From positions 108,850 through 172,849 of the IMG/VR virus record IMGVR_UViG_3300023184_000030: a stretch of DNA of 64,000 nucleotides. One strand, written 5' to 3'. The notes below the pieces were generated by a model that did no database searches, was not told the DNA's origin, and saw nothing but the letters and a program-made list of their open reading frames with translations. Position 1 is the stretch's first letter, and every line of letters starts with the position of its first letter. A program made the position numbers and the translations under genes. This DNA is from a virus. Positions 56,992 to 64,000 of this stretch are shown here, piece after piece.

Positions 56992-57954
56992 TTATTTATT
57001 TTTTTTAATAAACCCGAGGATTTCTAAAATCTTATAAACATTCTTCGAATCATCATCGGTCATATAATGAGCATTCTCATTGTTATTATATGAATCCGAA
57101 TATGTTGGTAAATTTCTAAATAGTACTGGGGTCTTCCAGGAAAGGGATTCCTTTATACATAGTGGATTCAATTCTACAATTGAATTAAATACAAATAGAT
57201 CTGCAGCCTGATAGAATGTATCAACATCATTTCTTTCGCCCCAAATAGTACAATTTCCAGGTAATTCATCCATTAAGGGTTTCCAGTAGTCTTCAAAATT
57301 AGAAGCTTGATTCCCGATGAAGTGAAATTGGATAGGGAAATACTCAAGAAGTTTAGCGTACTTAATAAGTTCTCCCTGATTTTTACCAGAAGTAAATAAA
57401 CCAACATTTATAACATGCTTCTTTGAAGGATTAAGCCCAAGATAGACAAGAGAATTATTCTTGTCTGGTTTTTTATTTTCAATCGGATATTCTAGAAGTT
57501 CGCTGGGAATTCCTAGAATTTTAAATTTTTCGTCTATCCATTTAGAAACCATAACAAACTTATCTGGTTTATAAATTTTAATACTAGGATCAAATTGTGA
57601 ACTATGACAGCTTTCGCATATAACATAATCCCTTTCAGTTCGGTAAACGTTTCTTAGGACTTCCGTATCGACAAATGTTTCAGGGAGCTCCTCAAAGTGT
57701 ATCACATCGGGTTTTACGTTTTCTATTATTTCGATCAGCCTTTTCTTATTGTCACCAAGGGGTATAAATCTATCTCCAAGAATCGATATTACTTTATTTC
57801 TTTGGACAACATAGGCATCTCCATAGAAATTATACTCCACACAGTATATCTCAGCTGAATCATTTAATGACTCTATCTTCTTTAGCAGATACTGTGGGAG
57901 TCCTCCGGTGGAAAAATGGGGCGAAACATAAAGTATCTTCCTTCTATTTTCCAT
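56992..57954 (-). CDS. GT4-like (GT-B) glycosyltransferase
   Basis: PHFSTGGLPQY, KPDVIHF, VGLF..GKNQ, FYQAADLFVFNS.VELNPLCIKESL. Confidence 0.88.
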   Translation of the reverse strand: MENRRKILYVSPHFSTGGLPQYLLKKIESLNDSAEIYCVEYNFYGDAYVVQRNKVISILGDRFIPLGDNKKRLIEIIENVKPDVIHFEELPETFVDTEVLRNVYRTERDYVICESCHSSQFDPSIKIYKPDKFVMVSKWIDEKFKILGIPSELLEYPIENKKPDKNNSLVYLGLNPSKKHVINVGLFTSGKNQGELIKYAKLLEYFPIQFHFIGNQASNFEDYWKPLMDELPGNCTIWGERNDVDTFYQAADLFVFNSIVELNPLCIKESLSWKTPVLFRNLPTYSDSYNNNENAHYMTDDDSKNVYKILEILGFIKKNK

Positions 57955-57962
57955 ATTAAGTA

Positions 57963-58238
57963 CTATGCTTCTTTTGTGAATATTCCGCTTTCGAAATCAA
58001 GTTTTCCGTGACCGAATTGATCAGTTACTTTTTTCTGTAAATCTGATTCTCTTAAAGAGATATCTTCTGCATAATCATAAAGAGATTTAATCTCAGATTC
58101 GATAATTTCTAAATCCTTTCTGTGAAATGCTGCTTCGATGTTAAGCCTTCCTACTCTAACAACGTTTGCTGTTAATTCATCTCTTAATTTTTGGATCTCC
58201 ATTAGGAGTTCTTCTGGTAATTTAATTTGTTCTGACAT
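57963..58238 (-). CDS. Small coiled-coil hypothetical protein
   Basis: 91 aa inside the GT operon; ends FG.GKLD.ESG.F. Confidence 0.75.
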   Translation of the reverse strand: MSEQIKLPEELLMEIQKLRDELTANVVRVGRLNIEAAFHRKDLEIIESEIKSLYDYAEDISLRESDLQKKVTDQFGHGKLDFESGIFTKEA

Positions 58239-58252
58239 ATTCTTTTTTTATT

Positions 58253-59458
58253 TTATAATGATGGTCCCTTGACCGATGTTAATATTTTAGTCTCAATAGG
58301 GGCATTTTGTTCTATATTTTCCTCTATTATTTTTGTTTTTATTAGGGCTTTCCCATGAAGTTGTCTTACGTAATCACCGGTGTCATAATATGCTGAATTA
58401 TATAAAAGAAAGCTTCTAAACGGAAATGGATTTTTTCTCTTTGGATTTAAGAGTCTTTCTGTACACTCCAGCATAGAATCATAATCCTCCACGCATTCAA
58501 ATGTTTCTGCCATCCACATGATGTGTTCATTTCTCTCATAGCAAAACTGCTCTGCATGGCGATAGTGATGTATTGACGATTCATAATCTCCAATAAATCT
58601 GTAAGCATATCCCATTAAGCAAAGTGCAAGATAGGACATCTCATTGGGGAGATGTCCGATTTTTTTATTTGCCCATCCGTTGTTTACATTCAAATATTGC
58701 TCAAAATAAAATATACATCTTCTCGCGTACTCGTCCGCGTGATCCTTCTTGAAAGGAAATTCTGAATAATTTCCATAGCAATCGGAATAGCTCTTGCCCA
58801 AATACCAAAGGTGATACATGTCATTAAGTATCTTACCGTTTGCAACCTGATCTATTTCAAGTTCCAAAGCATCCCTAAGAAATTTTGTAGGGGAGTTCCA
58901 CGTTTGCCCGTCATTAGTTATGATGTGTCTAAATGATCTAGGTAAATTTACTCTCTGAAACCCCTCGTTATCATTACCGTATCCTTGAAGCAATATAACT
59001 TCATGTCTTTTATCATGTTTGAAGCTCCATGGTAATTTAGAATTCCATAGCCATGTTCTAAAATATATGCTACCCCCAGAATCCGCAGTTATATTAAAAC
59101 TTTGGATATTTGTATTTTCTAATAATCTCCAATCGAAATCACTGTCAACTGCCAGCTGCTCATCAGCATCCATTCTAAGAATCCAGTCGCATCCGTGATC
59201 TGAACTCAAACATGTTTGAAGTGCATGATCTCTATTGAACCCCGGATATTCCCATTTGGTCTCATATAAGAATCCCGGGATTCCTTTTTCACCCATGAAT
59301 CCTCTTATCAGATCCTGTGTCCCGTCAGTTGATCCATTATCCTGTATAACCCAATAATCAACATACATGTAGCAAGATTCGAGCATTCTTAAAATGATCT
59401 TTGCCTCATTAGCAACCATAGCATTTAAGCATATCTTACTTCTCCCTTTCATATACAT
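58253..59458 (-). CDS. GT2 glycosyltransferase with a TPR-like C-terminus
   Basis: CLNAMVANE, IQDNGSTDGT, MDADE (DxD); helical WYLGKSY and LMGYAY repeats. Confidence 0.88.
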   Translation of the reverse strand: MYMKGRSKICLNAMVANEAKIILRMLESCYMYVDYWVIQDNGSTDGTQDLIRGFMGEKGIPGFLYETKWEYPGFNRDHALQTCLSSDHGCDWILRMDADEQLAVDSDFDWRLLENTNIQSFNITADSGGSIYFRTWLWNSKLPWSFKHDKRHEVILLQGYGNDNEGFQRVNLPRSFRHIITNDGQTWNSPTKFLRDALELEIDQVANGKILNDMYHLWYLGKSYSDCYGNYSEFPFKKDHADEYARRCIFYFEQYLNVNNGWANKKIGHLPNEMSYLALCLMGYAYRFIGDYESSIHHYRHAEQFCYERNEHIMWMAETFECVEDYDSMLECTERLLNPKRKNPFPFRSFLLYNSAYYDTGDYVRQLHGKALIKTKIIEENIEQNAPIETKILTSVKGPSL

Positions 59459-60698
59459 AGTTTAAGTAACATTCATCCACGCCAAATTTAAGTCTATCAA
59501 ATCCAGAATTCTGTAATCTCGGACTAGTTTTAGTCTCATTATCCCAATCCCAATCAATTCCTCCGATATCTAATATTCTTTGGTGTATTCTTTCGTTATA
59601 GTGATCCCTGATTAGTCTAGCTCTTCTATTTATATCAATAGAATTATTGCTTGTAGTGGTGTTTTTATCGCTGTACTGGAGATATAACATCTCTTTTATA
59701 TGTAACATTCGGGTATTGAGAAAAGTCCTTATAATGAGCTCAAAATCATCCGCTACAGGAAATCTAATATTATGTCCACCTATCTTCAGATAAACGTCTC
59801 TGCGCCAAATTCTAGCGTGATTTGGCATTCCTATATTAAATCTTATTGTTCTCGGATTTATATCCGCTGTATGGTGAGCTAAATATTCTTTACCGTCGGC
59901 AACTACCATGCTGTGACCAGCATATCCCCAACAATAAGTGTTATCGTGTCGTCCGTACCAATCACCAGATCTATCATTATCATAGCTTTTAAATTCTCCA
60001 TCATCATAAAGCTCACAGCAATCTGTGTATATGAATCCAGCATCTTTATAAATACTAGAAGCATTATAACAGATTTCTAGACAGTTACTAATTAAAGCAT
60101 CATCATGATCTAACTCAAGAAGCCATTCACCTTCACATAGCATAGCTGCTCTATGTTTAACCAGCCCTATATTCCCATTACTGATGGGGAGTATCCGGTG
60201 AATTCTAATTCTGAAATCTTTCTTCGCTAGCTCATTTAGATATCTCCACGTTACATCCCAACTAGAATCATCTACTATAACCCATTCCCAATCCTGCATT
60301 GTTTGCGATTTTAGGCTATCGTACATGCGATCTATCTTGGTACTACTGGTATTATATGTTGGTGTAAATATAGAGAATTTAGGCTTGGATAACAAGCAAT
60401 TTCTAAAGGTTGATTGCACAACTATATCATTTGCTAAAACGTTACCTGGCATCTGTGAATTATACACAAAGCTTATTTCACGAAGCCTAGCATCGTTAAC
60501 GTTTATCTGTTCTTCAATAGATATTATAAGATCAGGCTTATATAATGAATAATCCGCTATAACAGTGTCATTATAAACTAGAGAATATATAACGACCTCA
60601 TCAAATAGACCTTCCTCATAATAGATATCCGATTGAAGATTTATGGTTCCCTTTGTAGGCCAGCCATAAACAATTGCACTGGGTTTTCTTGTTTGCAT
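59436..60698 (-). CDS. GT2 glycosyltransferase
   Basis: SIFTPTYN, WEWVIVDD, ELDHDD, IGGH, ADDFEL. Confidence 0.9.
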   Translation of the reverse strand: MQTRKPSAIVYGWPTKGTINLQSDIYYEEGLFDEVVIYSLVYNDTVIADYSLYKPDLIISIEEQINVNDARLREISFVYNSQMPGNVLANDIVVQSTFRNCLLSKPKFSIFTPTYNTSSTKIDRMYDSLKSQTMQDWEWVIVDDSSWDVTWRYLNELAKKDFRIRIHRILPISNGNIGLVKHRAAMLCEGEWLLELDHDDALISNCLEICYNASSIYKDAGFIYTDCCELYDDGEFKSYDNDRSGDWYGRHDNTYCWGYAGHSMVVADGKEYLAHHTADINPRTIRFNIGMPNHARIWRRDVYLKIGGHNIRFPVADDFELIIRTFLNTRMLHIKEMLYLQYSDKNTTTSNNSIDINRRARLIRDHYNERIHQRILDIGGIDWDWDNETKTSPRLQNSGFDRLKFGVDECYLNYVYEREK

Positions 60699-61276
60699 TA
60701 TCTCTCTGTATTAAAAAAGAATAATTGGAATAGTCTTCCGTTTTCTTTACAGTCGCCAAAGTAGTCTAGGGAGACGTGGAATAGATCACCCCGATAAAGG
60801 GCAAGTCTATTATAAACGTTTCCTATCTTATCTACCATCTCCCATTTGGTGTAGTCTTGAGAATATTTATTGTGAATGGCATTTGCATTCTCCTCCTCCG
60901 TGTGCTCGTCATTTTTCCAATTACGAAGACCATTTTCTTTAAGCTTAAATAATCCTGTTCCCGATGAAAGTGGTGCATCTGGGGTTAGATAAATAATACC
61001 AGCCCAATTTGTAGTGTAATCTGAATGTATCCACGATCTATCAGATGCTAACGTGTATTGAAAAGCACCAGTTGAATCATCTCCCCACCATGTAACGCTT
61101 CCTGCAAAAGGCCTGATTATATCCTCGATCAACACCTTAGCGCTATCGGTGATAAAGGATGCTGTTCTTTGCCCAGGATAGTTTCCCCTTGAGCTAAATT
61201 CTTGACTAAGAGCAAAAGCTCTAACGTCGTCAACATTATTATAAAAATCATCAACTATTAAACTCTGTACTCTCAT
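60698..61276 (-). CDS. 2OG-Fe(II) oxygenase-like protein
   Basis: IVDDFY, YPG.R, WIHSD (HxD), YL.P, GT, YNRL.LY....FH, RL.Q.FF. Confidence 0.8.
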   Translation of the reverse strand: MRVQSLIVDDFYNNVDDVRAFALSQEFSSRGNYPGQRTASFITDSAKVLIEDIIRPFAGSVTWWGDDSTGAFQYTLASDRSWIHSDYTTNWAGIIYLTPDAPLSSGTGLFKLKENGLRNWKNDEHTEEENANAIHNKYSQDYTKWEMVDKIGNVYNRLALYRGDLFHVSLDYFGDCKENGRLFQLFFFNTER

Positions 61277-61290
61277 AATCTAATTTATAG

Positions 61291-61319
61291 ATTATATTAA
61301 AATGTTTGGTTTAAGTTCC
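61291..61319 (-). promoter_or_regulatory. Putative middle promoter GGAAC-N18-TATAAT for the oxygenase-GT operon
   Basis: Recurrent motif with the same spacing. Confidence 0.6.
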
Positions 61320-61356
61320 AGAAAGATTACTACGGGATAGCAGTCTGGGGTCATTT

Positions 61357-61392
61357 AAAAAATTAAATCCCTATTGAAAGGGATTTAATTTT
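61357..61392 (-). terminator. Rho-independent terminator
   Basis: AAAATTAAATCCCT/AGGGATTTAATTTT inverted repeat. Confidence 0.8.
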
Positions 61393-61412
61393 ATTTTGAA
61401 AGGTATTTAATT

Positions 61413-62606
61413 TTAGTAAATAGATTGTGTTTTAGTGTAAATATCCCTAGTCTGAGCTTCAGTTAGAAGGCCTGTGTATATATGAAGAGCACCGATCCTT
61501 CCGTCTACGAAAGTACCAGCTACTGGTCCTAAACCAAATAAGCTACATCCAATATAAGAGGTAGTAACGCCACCAGTATTAAAGTTACCCGTTGCGTAGA
61601 ATGGGTAATCACCAGTTTGTATAGCGGCACCATCCAGAGAGGATTTAATGTTTCCTGTTGGGCTCAGTCCATCTATTGTTAATACCAGATTATGCCAAGC
61701 TCCAAATGAAACTCCAGTATATAATCTTGTACTAGTTATGTTGTTTCCAGCTCCTTGTTGTTGTGGATCACCATCATAAAACATTTCTCCAGAACTGTTA
61801 ATGTATATTCTGCTCCAAATATCAGTAGCTGGTCCAGTTATACTATTACCAGATGCTGAACTAGTTAATTGAAAAAGAGTTGCTATTTGGCCCCCCGCTG
61901 GAGCTGTTACTTTAAACCAGATACTAATAGTCATTCCTTCAGCATTGTTTAAGGCATTGACTGGGTCAAATGAAATATAATCGTTACTAGATGAGGTAAA
62001 AACCATGGCATTCTTATTAGTAGAATCCCAATATGTTGAACTCTGTAAAGAACCAGTAGTTCCTGTATACCCACTTAAATCATAAATTGCAGTTCCAGTG
62101 AAAGGATAAGATGCCATAAAAGAAGGATCATATGCTGCTACTAATGGGGTAGCTGTGTTGTATGATATTCCCGGATAATCCCTGTTTACAGGAAGATATT
62201 TATTCTGACCTATTAACCATGTTATAGCTTGATCGTATGTTGTGTGTTTGGTTACCGGGGACATACCAGGAAGTCTGTTTATCGTGTTGAGTATGTCTGT
62301 TGTAGTACTGCCGGTAATACCCCAGCCTACCGCAACGTTTGTTGAAGGACTGTAGCCTTGGCTAGTCTCATCGGAATAGATTGCATAAACAACATTTGTG
62401 TTGTTTGATCCGTTTGCAGTTGCTCCGATGTCGATACCATTTCTCCATTCAGTACCTCCGTATCCTCCACTGAAGTTTGGAAAATCGCTAGCTACTGATC
62501 CAGGATAAGCTAAACCTAAAGCTACTGAAGAATAACTTGGGATTAGTGCTCCTGCTAACTGTGAAGCGTTTTTAGGTGCTACTGAGCTTATGTTATTTAT
62601 TGCCAT
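61413..62606 (-). CDS. LamG/concanavalin-A-like domain virion protein (fibre or receptor-binding associated)
   Basis: SYP.TGT.IYDLSG, TISIWFK, WHNLVLT, YIG, G.IG.L.IY...LT; AATATATA at 62631-62638. Confidence 0.8.
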   Translation of the reverse strand: MAINNISSVAPKNASQLAGALIPSYSSVALGLAYPGSVASDFPNFSGGYGGTEWRNGIDIGATANGSNNTNVVYAIYSDETSQGYSPSTNVAVGWGITGSTTTDILNTINRLPGMSPVTKHTTYDQAITWLIGQNKYLPVNRDYPGISYNTATPLVAAYDPSFMASYPFTGTAIYDLSGYTGTTGSLQSSTYWDSTNKNAMVFTSSSNDYISFDPVNALNNAEGMTISIWFKVTAPAGGQIATLFQLTSSASGNSITGPATDIWSRIYINSSGEMFYDGDPQQQGAGNNITSTRLYTGVSFGAWHNLVLTIDGLSPTGNIKSSLDGAAIQTGDYPFYATGNFNTGGVTTSYIGCSLFGLGPVAGTFVDGRIGALHIYTGLLTEAQTRDIYTKTQSIY

Positions 62607-62637
62607 TTGTTTTTATGATTATTTTTATACTATATAT

Positions 62638-63999
62638 TTACTTTTTCTTAAGTTCTTTGAGCTCTGCAGAAAGTTCTTTGATAGCTTCTATTAATAACGG
62701 AACGATCTTCTCGTACTTAACCCCTTTGAAGCCACTATCTCTTGTAGTAACAACCTCAGGTAGAACTGATTCTATTTCCTGTGCTATAACTCCAACGTCA
62801 TGACCTTCAAATCCGTGATGATGCTTATGCTCTAGTTTCCAATCGAACTCATATCCTGAGATAGACTCGACTTTACTTAATGCGTCCGAAATTTTAACGA
62901 AGTTTTCTTTTAAATTTCTATCGGAAGTTGAGAATGCAACCACGTCATTCTGAGCATCGATTCTACCGGAAACGCCGGCGTGAGTAGTGATAGTACCAAC
63001 TTCTAAAGCTGTTGCTACGATTATACCCCCGTTTGCTAGAGTATCTTGTTTAATATCAGAATTTCCTAAAGTAGATGCGCCGGTCCAATAAGCAATCTTA
63101 GGTGTACTACCTCCTGATAAACCACCACCTGCTGCTCCTTGTGCTCCTTGTACCCCCGAGGTTCCTGAAGAACCGGATCTACCTGATGATCCTGCTGATC
63201 CCGCAGATCCTGAAGTTCCACTTGTTCCTGCTGAACCCGATGCACCTTGCGCTCCTTGAAGACCCGATGTTCCAGATGCTCCGTTAACACCAGGTAATCC
63301 TTGTGCCCCTTGTGCTCCAGAAGAACCAGATGATCCAGAAGAACCATTACCTCCTGGAGCTCCTTGAGATCCAGTTAATCCTGATGTTCCTGAAGATCCA
63401 TTTTTACCGGAGGTTCCTGCTGATCCTGCTGATCCTGAAGTACCTGATGTACCGCTGGTTCCTGAAGTTCCGCTGGTTCCTGAGGTTCCGCTGGTTCCTG
63501 AGGTTCCGCTAGTTCCTGCTGATCCTGATGTACCTGATGTACCGCTAGTTCCTGAAGTTCCGCTAGTTCCTGCTGATCCGGAGGTACCCGAAGTACCTGA
63601 CGTACCACTAGTTCCCGAAGTACCTGATGATCCTGAAGTACCACTAGTTCCTGAAGTTCCACTAGTTCCTGCTGATCCTGAAGTTCCTGAGGTACCACTA
63701 GTTCCTGAAGTTCCACTAGTTCCTGCTGATCCTGAAGTTCCAGAAGTTCCTGATGTACCACTAGTTCCTGAAGTTCCACTAGTTCCTGCTGATCCTGAAG
63801 TTCCTGAGGTACCACTAGTTCCAGAAGTACCTGCTGATCCTGAAGTTCCAGAAGTTCCTGATGTACCACTAGTTCCTGAAGTTCCACTAGTTCCTGCTGA
63901 TCCTGAAGTTCCACTAGTTCCTGCTGATCCTGAAGTTCCAGAAGTACCTGAGGTACCACTAGTTCCAGAAGTACCTGCTGATCCTGAAGTTCCAGAAGT
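62638..63999 (-). CDS. Collagen-like tail fibre (partial; starts beyond the window) with a C-terminal peptidase S74 intramolecular chaperone
   Basis: Continuous frame 63999 to 62638; (G-T-S/G-S-A)n; SDRNLKEN...GYEFDW...GVIAQE...LPEVV...V.YEKIVPLLIEAIKEL. Confidence 0.9.
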   Translation of the reverse strand, partial: TSGTSGSAGTSGTSGTSGTSGTSGSAGTSGTSGSAGTSGTSGTSGTSGTSGTSGSAGTSGTSGTSGTSGSAGTSGTSGTSGTSGTSGTSGSAGTSGTSGTSGTSGTSGSAGTSGTSGTSGTSGSSGTSGTSGTSGTSGTSGSAGTSGTSGTSGTSGTSGSAGTSGTSGTSGTSGTSGTSGTSGTSGTSGSAGSAGTSGKNGSSGTSGLTGSQGAPGGNGSSGSSGSSGAQGAQGLPGVNGASGTSGLQGAQGASGSAGTSGTSGSAGSAGSSGRSGSSGTSGVQGAQGAAGGGLSGGSTPKIAYWTGASTLGNSDIKQDTLANGGIIVATALEVGTITTHAGVSGRIDAQNDVVAFSTSDRNLKENFVKISDALSKVESISGYEFDWKLEHKHHHGFEGHDVGVIAQEIESVLPEVVTTRDSGFKGVKYEKIVPLLIEAIKELSAELKELKKK

Positions 64000-64000
64000 A
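63125..64000 (-). repeat. Gly-X-Y triplet repeat (about 95 triplets, mostly GTS/GSA/GSS) with higher-order DNA duplications
   Basis: 9-bp periodicity; identical blocks offset by 108 bp (63728 vs 63836). Confidence 0.92.

Noticed and set aside
924-60552. Numerous plus-strand ORFs (for example 12956..13585, 42977..43642, 25997..26437)
   Set aside because: Antisense shadows of well-supported minus-strand genes, with Ser/Leu/Phe-rich composition and no motifs
62638-62943. Stand-alone 101-aa S74 protein
   Set aside because: It is the in-frame C-terminus of the fibre gene, which starts outside the window
63066-63959. ORF-track proteins 63375..63959 (QELVEL repeats) and 63066..63347
   Set aside because: Alternative-frame shadows of the Gly-X-Y fibre; the real frame (63999 to 62638) is continuous with the S74 domain
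1-64000. Stop-codon reassignment as in some large phages
   Set aside because: Genes are full length under the standard code, and TAG (24612, 25180, 57963) and TGA (33690, 44857) act as normal stops
1-64000. tRNA or rRNA genes, introns, inteins, integrase or transposase
   Set aside because: None recognised; intergenic gaps are short, and terminase, ligase and clamp loader are uninterrupted and of normal size

Overview
This window is an AT-rich, gene-dense segment of a large T4-like (myovirus) phage genome, probably a jumbo phage. Nearly all genes are on the minus strand and use the standard genetic code. The host is probably a member of the Bacteroidota, judged from TAnnTTTG promoters and A-rich leaders lacking Shine-Dalgarno sequences. 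It holds the core morphogenesis genes: major capsid, a protease-scaffold fusion, two tandem portal paralogues, terminase, gp2/gp4/gp14-like head and neck proteins, sheath, two tail tubes, tail chaperone and baseplate. It also holds replication and nucleotide genes (ligase, clamp loader, RNase H, exonucleases, guanylate kinase, dCMP deaminase, Nudix, an AsnB-like amidotransferase plus kinase) and two phage sigma factors. At the right end, a Ser/Thr collagen-like fibre gene lies beside an operon of four glycosyltransferases (one TibC/AAH-like) and a 2OG-Fe(II) oxygenase. Main highlights: (i) a candidate virion or fibre protein-glycosylation system; (ii) duplicated portals sharing the C-terminus EEKAPEVTL; (iii) two hidden reading frames that seem reachable only by frameshifting (-1 at about 34814, +1 at about 44860); (iv) three recurrent promoter motifs suggesting a host-sigma to phage ECF-sigma to gp55-like sigma cascade; (v) a family of proteins with capsid-targeting-like N-termini; (vi) a UvsE homologue that appears catalytically dead. 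All family assignments come from reading motifs by eye; no database searches were run.
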